Notes: generated from the letters alone by a model not told the origin. A stretch of DNA of 64,000 nucleotides from an uncultured delta proteobacterium (GCA_963774705.1 CAVZFW010000001.1:269743-333742); one strand, 5' to 3'; shown: positions 1 through 11,160, counted from the first letter of the stretch. Numbers and translations: made by a program.

Positions 1-1
1 G

Positions 2-1255
2 GCCGCCGCGCCGATCGGACGGCGCGAGTTCCTGCGCGCCGCGGCCGCATTATCCGCCGCCGGCGTATTCATTATCGGTCCGCACGCGTGGGCAGCCCGA
101 GCGCTCGACGGCGACCCAAGTCACAGACGGCTGGTCGTCGTTTTCATGCGCGGCGCGGTCGACGGGCTGAATGTTGTCGTGCCGTATGGTGATTCGCAGT
201 ACTACGAACAGCGCCCCACTCTCGCGATTCCGCGAACCGGCGGCGACGGTGCGGTGATCGATCTCGACGGCCATTTCGGCCTGAATCCCGCCCTCACTTC
301 GATCGTGCCGATGTGGCGCGACGGCACCCTCGCCTTCGTCCACGCTTGCGGATCGCCCGACCCGACGCGATCGCATTTCGACGCGCAGGATTACATGGAG
401 AGTGGTACGCCGGGACGCAAAAGCACCGGCGACGGCTGGATGAATCGCGTAATCGCGGCGCTGCCGGGAGCACATGGCCCGACCGCAGCGGTGAGTCTGG
501 GACCGACCGTGCCGCGAATTCTTTCCGGCCGGATGGCCGTCGCGAATATCCCGCTCGGTCGTGGAGCGGCGCGGCCATTGCCCTTGGACAATCCGAAAAT
601 CGAAGAAGCCTTCGACCGTCTCTACACCGGCGACGATCCGCTAAGTCGCACTTATCATGAAGGGCGCGTTGCGCGCACCAAGCTGCACGCCGAGCTGATG
701 CAGGATATGACGGAAGCCAATAATGGGGCGCCCTCGCCCGATGGTTTTGCCGACGACACCGGACGATTGGCGCGGCTGATTGCCCGCGACCCGAGTATCC
801 GTCTCGCCTTCCTCGCGCTCGGCGGATGGGACACGCACGTGAATCAAGGCGCATCGCAGGGGCAGCTCGCGAATCATCTGAAGCCGCTTGGCGCGGGGTT
901 GGCCAGCTTCGTCAAGGACCTCGGCGCTGCCTATGACGATACCGTCATTCTGGTGATTTCAGAGTTCGGCCGCACCGTGCACGAGAACGGCAATGGCGGC
1001 ACCGATCATGGCCACGGCAATGTCATGTGGGTGATGGGCGGGCCGGTGCGCGGACGCCGGGTGTACGCCAAGTGGCCCGGCCTGAGCCCCTCGGCGCTAT
1101 ACCAGGAGCGTGACGTCGCCGTGACCACCGATTTTCGCGAGCCAATCGGCCAGGTGCTGCACGCCCACCTCGGCCTGCCACCGACTCAGATCCAACAGAT
1201 CTTCCCGGAACGCCCGCGCGACAGCGGCAACACCGCCGGTTTGATCAAAGTGTGA
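2..1255 (+). CDS. DUF1501 domain-containing protein (sulfatase/alkaline-phosphatase-like), Tat-secreted; 5' end cut by window edge
   Basis: In-frame upstream translation from nt 2 gives a twin-arginine signal (GRREFLRAAAALSAAGVF). Hallmark DUF1501 motifs GGWDTH and GGTDHGHGN are present; stop at 1255. Confidence 0.85.
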   Translation, partial: AAAPIGRREFLRAAAALSAAGVFIIGPHAWAARALDGDPSHRRLVVVFMRGAVDGLNVVVPYGDSQYYEQRPTLAIPRTGGDGAVIDLDGHFGLNPALTSIVPMWRDGTLAFVHACGSPDPTRSHFDAQDYMESGTPGRKSTGDGWMNRVIAALPGAHGPTAAVSLGPTVPRILSGRMAVANIPLGRGAARPLPLDNPKIEEAFDRLYTGDDPLSRTYHEGRVARTKLHAELMQDMTEANNGAPSPDGFADDTGRLARLIARDPSIRLAFLALGGWDTHVNQGASQGQLANHLKPLGAGLASFVKDLGAAYDDTVILVISEFGRTVHENGNGGTDHGHGNVMWVMGGPVRGRRVYAKWPGLSPSALYQERDVAVTTDFREPIGQVLHAHLGLPPTQIQQIFPERPRDSGNTAGLIKV

Positions 1256-1275
1256 AATGCGACGCCGCGACTTGA

Positions 1276-2052
1276 TCAATATTGTTTGGACTGGGCCTCG
1301 GCGTCCATCTTGCGCAACTCCGAAAGCTTCTCGTCGGTCGGCTGCTGGAATTTGCGCTTCTCCGCGTCCACGACTTCCTGATGGCGATTCGGCAACTCGC
1401 CGTCGATCTTCTCGAGCGCCTCGCGGGCGAGCTTGCGGACCATCGGGCTGGGGTCTTTCGAGACTATATCGATCAGCTCATCGTTGGCCGAGGGATCGCC
1501 AATCTCACCGACGGCGTAAACGGCTGTGCCGCGACTGGCGGAATCATCGGTCTGCTTGAGGTAGTTGACGATGGGCATCGTGCCGCGCTGATCGCCGATT
1601 CGGCCGAGCGCAGCCACCAGGTGAAGCTTCTCGACGGGCGGAGTCTCGCGCAAGAAGAGTTCCTGCGACATGATCGGAACCGCATCGGAAACGCTGCGCG
1701 CGCCAAGCACATCGATCGCTTTGATGCGCACGCGGACGTCCGTGTCGGAGATCCCGCGAAAGAGAATCTCGTTGGCATCGTTGCTATCGACGTAACGCAG
1801 TTTCTCCAGTCCATCGACGCTGACGCGCGGATCGGCATCGGCGAACTTGCGCTTGGCCTCTCTAATCGCCTCGTCGACCGATTTGCCGGTATTCCGCAGG
1901 CTGCCCGGACCGGCCTGCTCCAGCGCCTGCAACGGCATCGTACCATTACGCTGACCGTTCGGACCGCCCAGCATCTGCGCACTCGCTGCCGCAGGAATTA
2001 TCATCGCGCCGGCCAGCAACGCCGTCGTCATCATCGAACGTGCTTTCGACAT
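1276..2052 (-). CDS. HEAT-repeat (PBS lyase-like) protein with N-terminal signal peptide
   Basis: ORF 1276..2079 trimmed to MSKARSMMTTALLAGAMIIPAAASA (signal peptide). Repeated helical HEAT-like units are present (GDPSANDELIDIVSKDPSPMVRKLAREAL). Confidence 0.7.
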   Translation of the reverse strand: MSKARSMMTTALLAGAMIIPAAASAQMLGGPNGQRNGTMPLQALEQAGPGSLRNTGKSVDEAIREAKRKFADADPRVSVDGLEKLRYVDSNDANEILFRGISDTDVRVRIKAIDVLGARSVSDAVPIMSQELFLRETPPVEKLHLVAALGRIGDQRGTMPIVNYLKQTDDSASRGTAVYAVGEIGDPSANDELIDIVSKDPSPMVRKLAREALEKIDGELPNRHQEVVDAEKRKFQQPTDEKLSELRKMDAEAQSKQY

Positions 2053-2162
2053 TTCAACGCCCTCCACAATTGGGCACAATCGACGGCCATAGTGTATTCG
2101 ATATCGAACATGATGTCATCCAGCGCCCATCGCGCCCGCGTCGCCCGCCGACGCATCGCGGA

Positions 2163-3072
2163 TTGGCCGCGCCCGCTACTACCGTGGCAATACTCGGCGC
2201 CGTTCTGGCATTCGCGGCGCTCTGCGCCGATGCCCAGAGCGATCCGCACCGTGCTCCCTCGCGGCGCCCGGCGCATCCGCGCGTTGTGCCTACGCCCGCA
2301 CCCTTGCCACTACCGGGCAATCTCCACATACCCGCTTACACGCCCGGGCCGAGTCCGTTTCGCGATGGTGAGACACTGCTCTATCGGGCCTCGTGGATGG
2401 GAGTGCCGGCGGCCGACGCGCGCGTGATTGATCGCTCGCAGCAAACTGCATCCGGAATGGTGGACGGGAATGATGTTACTCAACACCAGCCCGGTGGTGG
2501 ATATCGTGTACCGGATGCGCGACGTTTTCCGCGAGAATTTCGATTACATTTCTCTGCGCCCAAACGATATCACGATTCTGCAGCATGAAAAGCAACGCCT
2601 CGATCAATGGCAGGTAACTTTCGATCACGCCAATCATCTGGTGACCGCGATCAAGACCAGCCGTCACGGGAAGATCACGACGCGGCGCTTCAGCGGCGGC
2701 GATCCGCTCGGACCGTTCTCGGGCGTGATGATGGCGTTGTCGCAGCCGCTCAAGCCCGGCGATAGTCCCACGTTCGATGTTTTCAGCGGCGGCAATCGTT
2801 ACGTCTTTACCTTCAAGGTGCTTGGCCGCGAGCGGATCACGACCGCCCTCGGCACCTTCGACACGCTTAAAATCGAGCCGTGGGTGCTGTGGCTGAGCGA
2901 GGGCAGTTTCCGCAGCCAGTCGCGCGAGACCCGGTGTGGGTGTACGGACGACGGACGGCATCTGCCGGTCCGCATATCGTCGGAGGTATTTTTCGGCAGC
3001 GTGTACGCCGACCTGATCCAGAAAAGCGGTGGCCGTGCGACACCCGCGGCGCCCACGCACGCTGCTCAATAG
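2163..3072 (+). pseudogene. DUF3108 domain protein; a single +1/-1 frame change near 2430-2465 splits it between ORF 2040..2588 and ORF 2428..3072
   Basis: N-terminal piece has a signal peptide and the DUF3108-typical GETLLYRASWMGVPAADARV. C-terminal piece has VVDIVYRMRDVF...FDVFSGGNRYVFTFKVLGRERITTALGTFDTLKIEP. The two pieces are in frames 3 and 1 with a 160-nt overlap; TTG/GTG start inferred. Confidence 0.65.
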
Positions 3073-3161
3073 CGGAGCTGTACTGCTCGGCGGCTTACCC
3101 GATCGCGCACGCGCTGTGCTATTTTCGGCGCAGCAAAATTCCGTTGTAGGGAGCGCCATCG

Positions 3162-3776
3162 ATGGCCAAAAAGCTCGAGTTCTTTTACGACTGTTCGAGT
3201 CCATGGACGTATCTCGCATTCACAAAGATCGAGGAGGTCGCGGCGCGCCATAACGCGGAGCTGGTGTGGCGGCCGATCCTGGTCGGCGGTGTGTTCAACA
3301 CGGTGAATCCGTCGGTTTACGAATCGCGCGAACGGCCGGTGAAGGTCAAGGCGCGCTACTACAGAAAGGACCTTCAGGACTGGGCGCACCTGTACAAGAT
3401 CAAGATCACCGATCCGTCGGAGCTGGTGATCTTTCCGGTGAATTCGGTCAAGGCGATGCGCGGGGCCTTCGTCGCACTCGAGCATGGCAAGATTTCGGCA
3501 TACTCGCGCCGCGTGTTCGAGACTTACTGGGGCGCCAATCGCGACATCAGCAAGGACGAAGTCCTGCGCGACATGGTGCGCGAGACGGGCCTCGATGAAG
3601 CAGAGTATTTCAGCAAAATCGCGCTGCCCGAGTACAAGGAAAAGCTCAAAGCCAACACTGACGAACTAATCGAGCGCGGCGGCTTCGGGTCGCCGACGAT
3701 GTTTGCGGACGGCGCCATGTACTTCGGCAACGACCGCCTGGCGCTGGTCGAACACGCGCTCGTGCATAAGCACTAG
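3162..3776 (+). CDS. 2-hydroxychromene-2-carboxylate isomerase family protein (DsbA-like thioredoxin fold)
   Basis: 204-aa intact ORF with N-terminal FFYDCSSPWTYLAF motif characteristic of HCCA isomerase/DsbA-like proteins. AGGGAG Shine-Dalgarno upstream. Confidence 0.8.
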   Translation: MAKKLEFFYDCSSPWTYLAFTKIEEVAARHNAELVWRPILVGGVFNTVNPSVYESRERPVKVKARYYRKDLQDWAHLYKIKITDPSELVIFPVNSVKAMRGAFVALEHGKISAYSRRVFETYWGANRDISKDEVLRDMVRETGLDEAEYFSKIALPEYKEKLKANTDELIERGGFGSPTMFADGAMYFGNDRLALVEHALVHKH

Positions 3777-3825
3777 CCGCCGTCGGGGTGCGTAAGCACC
3801 TTCAGAGAACGGCATCTGAGCGATC

Positions 3826-4423
3826 GTGATGATGCCCGATCGCGTGCGCGCATTCGTCGCGATCCGAATGGACCCCGCGGTCGAGCAGGCGGTCATCGAC
3901 TTTATCGCGTCGATGCGGACGACCGGGAAATCGAGCTGCGACGGCGTACGTTGGGTCGTCCGCGCCAACCTCCATGTGACTTTGCGTTTTCTCGGCGATC
4001 GCGCCGCAGGGACGACACTCGATCGACTCGACGGCGCGCTCGGCGAAATCGCGACGGCGACAACCTGCTTCGGCATCGACGTTCGTGGTATCGGCGTGTT
4101 CCCCAATCGGAGGCGTCCCCGCGTTATCTGGGTCGGGTTGGAGAGCACGACCCTGCGGACCCTGGCGGCGCAGGTCGAAGGCGCTGCGGTTTTGGCAGGA
4201 TTAGCGCCGGAAGAGCGCACTCTTCACGCCTCACCTGACGATCGGCCGCATCCGCGACTTAACCGATTGGAACGAACTGCGACACCCAATCGAAGCCGCA
4301 CAGAATCGCCAGTTTGGCCTGACCCAGGTGAAATCCTTGATACTCTACCGGAGTATCCTCGGCCGCGATTCTCCCACGTACGAAGAGCTGGGGCATTATC
4401 GCTTCGCCGGCAGTGCTGAATAA
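3826..4423 (+). pseudogene. thpR: RNA 2',3'-cyclic phosphodiesterase ThpR (LigT, 2H family) with a 1-nt frame change near 4215-4223
   Basis: First HxT/S motif region VRWVVRANLHVTLRFLGD is in frame 1. The second motif FTPHLTIGRIRDL, continuing to a stop at 4421-4423, is only readable in frame 2. Direct translation of 4223 onward confirmed. Confidence 0.75.
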
Positions 4424-4465
4424 TGCGGTGAGCATCGGAGAGGCGAAAATTCCCGACCTTGGATT

Positions 4466-6751
4466 TCACGGCGCGGCCTTCGCGGCGGCGCGGGCGAGTC
4501 CGTCGCGGTCGAAGGCGATCACGAGTTGGCGCATGAAGGTCTCGCCGTGTGGCGGGTCGGTAAATTGACGCGGATAGGGAAAATAGATTCGGGCCGCGTC
4601 GCCGCGGTACTTCGCGATTAACGGACGCAGCGCATCGATTGAGCCGACCACACCGACGCCAATGAGACCACCATCGAGCGCCCCGAGAAAAAGCCCATTG
4701 CTGGTGCGGACCGCCGCCTCGTTGGTCGAATGCGGTGGCAAAAGATCGAGTGATTCCGCACTACGCGGACTCAGTCGCTCGAGATTGCCGCCGCCGGTGA
4801 GATACTTCCGCGCGGCGACCAGCAGCTCATCGAAGCGTGCGGCGTCGCATCGGCGTTCCATTTCGAGCGCGGACACCTGACGCCAGGGCGCGAGATCGGC
4901 TGGAGCGAAGTGATAGAGCGCGACGCCTCCCGTCTCGATTGGCGACAGATGCAACGGCGCCAGCACCGGTTCCCATAACGGACGCTCGCGATCCGCTATG
5001 ATAATCGTGGACACATCGTGATGTGCGAGGAACGCCATCAGTTGGTCGGTGAAGCCGGGAATATAGCTACGGTACAAGAGCGCTTTGACGATCGGCCAAC
5101 TCTGGAACTCGCGCGGCATGATGCTGGTCCATCCACCGGCCATGCGAAAGTACATCGCGGACTCGGCTTGCCAGAGCATGCTCGGACCACTCGGGCCGTA
5201 TGGAAGGATCGCGACGGTCTCGCCGGGTGCGAGATAGCGACTAATATTGCCATCGGTAAAGAACGTGGGCAGATCGACTGGTGCAACCCAAAAGCGCGCC
5301 GACAAATTGGGAATGAGAAAGATCGCGAGCGCCGCGACGCCAGCGAGTTTCGCGCCACGAGTTACCGCCTCCGAGCCCAGCCACAATGCGGCGACAATCG
5401 CGAGTGCGAGGAAGACGTACATCGGGAAGCGGCCGGGCAATGCGTTGTTGATCAATGGAAGATGCTGGAACAATTTCCACGGCAGTCCGAACAATTCGAT
5501 GCCAGCTATGTGGAGGCGAGGGCCGAGTGACGCGAGCATCGCAATCCCCGTGAACCAACACAGGAGTCGAGTGCGCGTTTCGGCCCAGTTGATGCGGAAG
5601 AAGATTAGCGCGATCGCGAGCAGCGGGAGGCCGAAGCATGCGCCGGTCTCGACCATCGCACCCGCAAAGCGCCGTGAGATCGCAGGGAGCGGGCCGAGCG
5701 TACCGAGCGTGTCGGCTGGCGTCGGAATAACGAAATTCAACAGATCGGCCGAGTAGGCGTTGGGCGAGTTCACCGGCGAGCGCGGAAAGCCCGGTTGGAA
5801 AAAGTAATAGAGATACGGCGAGACGAGGGCGAGGACGATCAGATAGACGAATGCCAATTGCGGCAGCAGCGCGTAGATGCGGCGTCGACTTTCATCGGAA
5901 CTGAGCATGGACGCAAGGGCGAGCGCGAGCGCACCGAAGAGGGTCATCGTCGCGAACATCTCGATCGAGAGTAAAAAAGACGCGGCAAGCAGCAGCGCCA
6001 TCATCGCGACGAAGGTAGTGGCGCGAATTTCAGCTTCGAGTCGGCGCAGAACGAGGATGACCGCGAGTGGGATCGGGAAGATGAGGATGAGGAGTAGATG
6101 CGCTCGAATCTCCGCGAGCATGTAAGCCGAGAAGCCAAAGATGTAGCCGCCCAACAGCGAGGGCCAAAAGCGTGCGGTGATTCGCCGACTGAGCATAAAC
6201 GCGGTCCAGGCGGCGAGCGCCGGAGCGGATAGGCAAAGCAGGTTGTAGGCAACGACCGGGCCGAAGCGCGCTGTGATCGGTGCGGCGATTATACCGGCAA
6301 GTGGGAGACCGGTCGTCCAGGTGAGGTTGAAGCCACCGGGAGCCCAGAGCAAATTGGTCACGAACGGATTAAGGCGGTGCGCAAGCGCATACGGCCACCA
6401 GACGAGGAACCACATATAAACCGAGGGATCGGCAGTGAGGCCGACGAATGAGCCGGTGGGATCGCGTGCGAGACCGCGGCCGAAAAAGAACATAGAGAAT
6501 GTGAGATAAATGGCGAGGGCGCCGAGGCCGAAGCGATCGCGCGGGTTCCGCAAGCTATTTCGCAAAGCTATCCACCGCGGAACTAGTCGCCACCCAAGAG
6601 ATTGCCGGACGACGCCTGCCGACAGATTAAACGGCATCGCGGGTGCGTCCAAGCGCTGGTCACTTGCTTTGCCGGTGCACGTTGGGCAGTTAGTTGTGAC
6701 GGTCGGGCGATATTGCGCTCGCCGCTTCCTCGGATTGTAGATGGAAACCAA
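4466..6751 (-). CDS. Large polytopic membrane protein (about 10+ TM helices plus C-terminal soluble domain), function unknown; possibly a GT-C-fold or YfhO-like protein
   Basis: 761-aa uninterrupted ORF. The first half is strongly hydrophobic and the second half hydrophilic. The true start may be an internal Met (MPFNLS at about 6637). It sits beside the glycosylation locus. Confidence 0.6.
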   Translation of the reverse strand: MVSIYNPRKRRAQYRPTVTTNCPTCTGKASDQRLDAPAMPFNLSAGVVRQSLGWRLVPRWIALRNSLRNPRDRFGLGALAIYLTFSMFFFGRGLARDPTGSFVGLTADPSVYMWFLVWWPYALAHRLNPFVTNLLWAPGGFNLTWTTGLPLAGIIAAPITARFGPVVAYNLLCLSAPALAAWTAFMLSRRITARFWPSLLGGYIFGFSAYMLAEIRAHLLLILIFPIPLAVILVLRRLEAEIRATTFVAMMALLLAASFLLSIEMFATMTLFGALALALASMLSSDESRRRIYALLPQLAFVYLIVLALVSPYLYYFFQPGFPRSPVNSPNAYSADLLNFVIPTPADTLGTLGPLPAISRRFAGAMVETGACFGLPLLAIALIFFRINWAETRTRLLCWFTGIAMLASLGPRLHIAGIELFGLPWKLFQHLPLINNALPGRFPMYVFLALAIVAALWLGSEAVTRGAKLAGVAALAIFLIPNLSARFWVAPVDLPTFFTDGNISRYLAPGETVAILPYGPSGPSMLWQAESAMYFRMAGGWTSIMPREFQSWPIVKALLYRSYIPGFTDQLMAFLAHHDVSTIIIADRERPLWEPVLAPLHLSPIETGGVALYHFAPADLAPWRQVSALEMERRCDAARFDELLVAARKYLTGGGNLERLSPRSAESLDLLPPHSTNEAAVRTSNGLFLGALDGGLIGVGVVGSIDALRPLIAKYRGDAARIYFPYPRQFTDPPHGETFMRQLVIAFDRDGLARAAAKAAP

Positions 6752-7500
6752 ATCGGAACTGCTGCCACTGCTCGATACGCTCTACGAATCGAGCAACCCG
6801 ACGCGCAAGTGGCTCCATTGCTCGCGGCGCGATTGGATCATCGGAAAGATTCGCGAGGCCGCGCATGAGCGCCCGGGACGTGCGCTCGAGGTCGGCTTCG
6901 GCGCTGGGCATTTATCTGCCGGCACTGGCCGAGGCCTTTAACGAGGTGGTCGCCGACCGACCTCGACCAGGCCCATCTCGATCATGCGCGCGGCATCGCA
7001 GCGAAGTATCCGAACCTGCGCCTGACTCCGTGACGACGTGATCGATTCGAAGCTGCCGGAGCACAGTTTCAGCCTGGTGCTGTGCAGCGAAGTGATCGAG
7101 CATATTCCGAACTCGGAGAGCGTGTTAGCGGCGATGCATCGGTTGCTCGAACCCGGCGGCATTCTGGTGCTCTCGACGCCGCAACGATGGAGCCTGATGG
7201 AGATTGCGGCAAAGGTCGCGTTCCTGCCAGGCGTGGTGAATCGTGGTGCGGCGGATTTACGGCGAGGCGGTGTTCGACATGGAGCATATAAATTCGATGA
7301 CGGCGCGCGAAGTCGAACGACAATTGAATCGTGCGGGGTTTCGGATTCGCGAACGTTACAAATCCGGAATGTATGTTCCCCTGGTGGCGGAATTCGCGGG
7401 CGAGCGCGGCCGTAGATTCGAGGAATGGTTCGAGCGTCGGATCCGCAGCAATCCGTTGAACTGGATGTTGTGGACGCAATACTACGTCGCCCAGGCGTGA
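6741..7500 (+). pseudogene. Class I SAM-dependent methyltransferase, disrupted by at least 4 frame changes
   Basis: Methyltransferase motifs are scattered over three frames: LEVGFGAGH (motif I), then VVATDLDQAHLDHARGIAAKYPNLRL readable only after shifting, then FSLVLCSEVIEHIPNSESVLAAMHRLLEPGGILVLSTPQ, then a C-terminal piece (ORF 7243..7500) in another frame. Confidence 0.7.
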
Positions 7501-7538
7501 GAGCATGCGCACCCGGCGAACGATCATTTGAGTCTGGG

Positions 7539-9367
7539 CTATCGATGGTGTGGGGTGCGCTCGAATAACACGCGCGGGCCGTGGCCGTCGACCGAAGGGG
7601 ATTCGAGAATCGGCTTGAAGCACTCGCGATTGGCCAACGGCGATGCGTCGAAATCGATCTTGCGCGCAACGACATAATTGAACATGCCGGCACCTTCGTC
7701 GCAGCGCAGATGATAGATCGGCGTCAGCGGCTGCGGCGAGTAGAAATTGAGATCGCAATCGCTCAGCCCAAGGTGTGCGACCGGGGCGCCCGCCGAAACT
7801 GTGCGAACGACTTCACGAGCGAAATCGCGCAAGGTCTCACGCTCTTCGAGCGCCGGATTCATCACCGCGAACCAAAACAACGAGCCGGCCGCGGCGACTA
7901 TGAGTACGCCGCTCGCCTGAAGGTCTGCGTTGCGCTGCCGCAATCCGACAATCGCTGTGACGCCCGCGGTAACGCACGCCGCGATCAGCGCGAGCATCCC
8001 TGAAGCCCTGCGCACTGCAAGCGACGAGAAGATCTCGAGGAATCGGCGGTCGGTAGGATGGAGCCGTAGCGACCAGCCCGAGGGCACACCGTGAATGACC
8101 GCGGCAACTGCGGCAAGCGCCATTACGAGCGAGGCCGCGGCGACGACGCCGGTCGCAATCGCGAATACCGTCGTAAAAGCGCGATCCAGTACCTTGCCTG
8201 ATGGTGGTTCTTCGTTGCTCGATTCCGAATCCTTCATTGCGATTTCGTGCGGCTCAGGCATCGCTGCGGTGTCAATCGCGACGCCAGTCAGAATCGCCAG
8301 CGGAGGAAACGCAGGCAAAATGTACACCAGGCATTTGCCGTGTGAGGTTGAGAAAAAGAAAAAAATCGCAGCGAACCAGCAAAGCGTAAGATACGGTTGA
8401 ATCCGGCAGTTGGCGGCCTCGTCGGGGCCATGCATAGATCGCGACGGCCGGGAGATAAGAGCTCCAGGGGATGAAGCCGGTAGTCGTTTGCGGCGTGAAA
8501 TACCAGAACGGATGCACGCAGTAGCCGGCGCCGCCGGCTTCCGCCGGGATGAACCGGCTCCACAGATTCATCGCGAGCTGCCATTGCAGAAACTTCTCGT
8601 CCGCCGACTTGGTAAGCCGCAAAATACCAGGAAAGACCAATCACCAGCGCCGACAACGAAGGTAAGGATCAGATCGAGGCGAAACAGGTCGCGCAATCGC
8701 CGGCGGACGACGAGATAGAGGCCGACGACTAGACCCGGCAGCAGAATCCCCAGAATTCCCTTTGTCAGAATCCCGGCGCCAATCATGATCGCGGCGAGTG
8801 TCAGAGCGCTCCGTCGCCGAGTGCGGATCGATTGTGGTATCACGGCTGGCGGCATGGCGCGCGGCATTCGGCACCGAAAGGTCGTCGTCCGACAAGCGCA
8901 GCGCGCGTTCGAACGCGATAGCGGCGGCTGTAACGAAAAGCGCGAGCATCGAGTCCATGCGCGGCTGACGGGCGGCGTCGAGAAAGAAATGGCAGAAGAG
9001 GAGTGAAGCCGCAGCCCAGAAGGCGACACGGCGATTGAGCGCGATCGGCGGCCCACAGAAAGACGATCGCGCAGGTCAACGCCGCCGCGAGTATCGAGGG
9101 CATCCGTAACGCGACCTCGCTCCATCCGAAGGCATAGACTCCGAGCGCGGCTGTCCACCAGTAGAGCGGCGGCACGTGAACCATCGGACCGGGCATGAAT
9201 CGCGGCAGAATTATGTTGCCCGCGAGAACGTCGCGCACTGCGCCCGATTCGCAAACGCCGAGTTCGCGCGCGAATGGCGCGGAGGGCGCGAGCATCAAGA
9301 GAAAGGCGAAGGCCGCCGCGAATATCGCGACGGACTCCGCGATAATCCGTCGGCGACTAACTGGCAC
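7539..9367 (-). pseudogene. ArnT/PMT-like GT-C glycosyltransferase (GT83/GT39 family), fragmented into at least 5 frame pieces
   Basis: N-terminal piece 8840..9367 (ESGAVRDVLAGNIILPRF...PPLYWWTAALGVYAFGWSEVALRMPSIL). Pieces 8568..9254 and 8641..8958. Piece 8272..8640 carries the ArnT-conserved HPFWYFTPQTTTGFIPWSSYLP. C-terminal piece 7539..8435 is TM-rich. Confidence 0.7.
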
Positions 9368-10148
9368 TGACGGATGGGATCGGAACTGCGACCGAATCGG
9401 CTTCGACAGGTGAGCGGGCGACCGCGATCAGCGACACGCCCAAAGGAACTCGCGCGCGGCCGATGAGGTGACGCTCGCTCGAGAAAATCCGCTGCAGGAT
9501 GACGTTGATCGATCGCGATGGCATCGCGAGATCGTGACGGCCGTCGGCTTCGATGCGATTGCGCAGCTGCAAACGTTGCAAGATTCGAGCGCCGGCAATC
9601 ATCGGAAACAGCATGAAGTTGTAATAACTCAGGTAGGTAACGTCCAGGCCGGCACCACGGAGGAGAGTGCGCAATTCCTTCGCGCCGTAGCGCCGACGAT
9701 GATGATGGGTGACGTCGTGATCGCTCCACAACCAGGGCATCGCGGGCACCGTCATCAGGAGCCATCCGCCGGGACACAAGCGCGCACGCAAAGCGCGCAG
9801 AGCGCCAGCTTCGTCATCGAGGTGTTCAAGAACGTCGGTCATGAGAATGAGGTCGAAACGCCGATCGCCAAACGGGATTTGATCTGGCAGCGCGCCTCGT
9901 TCGACCTCAGCCAGGCTGCGGGCCCGCGCAAAACCAACTGCACTCTCGTCAGCATCGAGCGCGAACAAATGGCCGCGACGCGCGAGCATTGCGAAATTGC
10001 CACCCGTGCCGCATCCCGGCTCGAGGATCGCAGCGTCGCTGGGCAGGTTCAATCGATCGATAATGTGATCGACGATGGCGCGGCGCGAGGCGAACCACCA
10101 GTGCGCATCCTCGACCTCTGCCATTCGTGGGTACAGACTCGGATCCAT
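9357..10148 (-). CDS. Class I SAM-dependent methyltransferase (intact)
   Basis: 263 aa with motif I ILEPGCGTGGNFAMLA, an FDLILMTDVLEHLDD motif, and LCPGGWLLMTVP. Confidence 0.8.
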   Translation of the reverse strand: MDPSLYPRMAEVEDAHWWFASRRAIVDHIIDRLNLPSDAAILEPGCGTGGNFAMLARRGHLFALDADESAVGFARARSLAEVERGALPDQIPFGDRRFDLILMTDVLEHLDDEAGALRALRARLCPGGWLLMTVPAMPWLWSDHDVTHHHRRRYGAKELRTLLRGAGLDVTYLSYYNFMLFPMIAGARILQRLQLRNRIEADGRHDLAMPSRSINVILQRIFSSERHLIGRARVPLGVSLIAVARSPVEADSVAVPIPSVSAS

Positions 10149-10152
10149 TGGG

Positions 10153-11160
10153 CTAACGCGACTCTTCCTCGAAGCCCCATCGATCGCGGACGAGATACAA
10201 AGGCCGGCCCTTGACCTCGCTATACATACGCGCGAGGTACTCGCCGATTATGCCGAGCGAGATCAACTGTACGCCGCCGAAGAACAATACCGCGACCATC
10301 AGCGAAGGATACCCGGGCAAATCGACCCCGCGAAAGACCTTCAGGCCGACGAGGAATAGCGCAAATATAAAGGCAAATAGCGAACAGGCAACGCCTATGT
10401 AGCTCCAGATTTTGAGCGGCATCGAACTGAACGACGTGATCGCGTCGAGCGCGAAGTTCCACAACCGCCAGTAGCTCCACTTGGTCTCGCCGGCATGGCG
10501 CGGCTGGCGGTCGAAAGTGATCGAGGCTTGCTTGAAACCGACCCACGCGAAAAGTCCTTTCATGAAGCGCGTGCGCTCGGGCAGGCGCACAAGGACGTCC
10601 ACCACGCGGCGATCGATCAGTCGAAAATCGCCGGTGTCGTGCGGGACCGGGATGTCGGTTATGCGATCGAAGATCTCGTAGAAGTACCGTGCGGTCTTGC
10701 GCTTTAGCCAGCTGTCACCCTCGCGCCGCTTGCGCCTGGCGAAGACGATATCGAAGCCCTCCCGCCACTTGGCGACCATCGGGATAATCAGCTCGGGCGG
10801 ATCCTGAAGGTCGGCGTCGATCGGGATCACGGCTGCGCCGCGAGCGTGGTCCAATCCTGCGCTGAGCGCGACATCCTTACCGAAGTTGCGCGAGAGACTG
10901 ATGACCTTGACGGCCGGCGTTCGACGGTGAAGCTCGATCAGGCGATCGAGGGTAGCATCGGTACTGCCGTCGTTGACGCAGATGACTTCCCAAGTGGTGC
11001 CGATGCGCTCCAGCACGGGAATCAGTTGCGCAAAGAACTCATCGATGCCCGTGATTTCGTTATGCACCGGGACGACGATCGAAATTTCGACGGTCGCGAT
11101 CGCCACATCGGGCGCGCCAATAAAGCGTGTGGCGCAGGGCATGGTTGCTTCAGTTCGCAT
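10153..11160 (-). CDS. GT2 family polyprenyl-phosphate sugar transferase (ArnC/DPM1/GtrB-like)
   Basis: ISIVVPVHNE...ICVNDGSTDAT...IDADLQDPP motifs plus two C-terminal TM helices, typical of ArnC/GtrB-type enzymes. 4 bp from the downstream methyltransferase gene. Confidence 0.85.
   Translation of the reverse strand: MRTEATMPCATRFIGAPDVAIATVEISIVVPVHNEITGIDEFFAQLIPVLERIGTTWEVICVNDGSTDATLDRLIELHRRTPAVKVISLSRNFGKDVALSAGLDHARGAAVIPIDADLQDPPELIIPMVAKWREGFDIVFARRKRREGDSWLKRKTARYFYEIFDRITDIPVPHDTGDFRLIDRRVVDVLVRLPERTRFMKGLFAWVGFKQASITFDRQPRHAGETKWSYWRLWNFALDAITSFSSMPLKIWSYIGVACSLFAFIFALFLVGLKVFRGVDLPGYPSLMVAVLFFGGVQLISLGIIGEYLARMYSEVKGRPLYLVRDRWGFEEESR

Noticed and set aside
1282-2427. 381-aa plus-strand ORF
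   Set aside because: Lies exactly antisense to the HEAT-repeat gene. Arg/Ala-rich low-complexity translation typical of GC-rich antisense frames.
2476-3219. 247-aa minus-strand ORF
   Set aside because: Antisense to the DUF3108 gene; no motifs.
9468-10214. 248-aa plus-strand ORF
   Set aside because: Antisense to the intact SAM methyltransferase gene.
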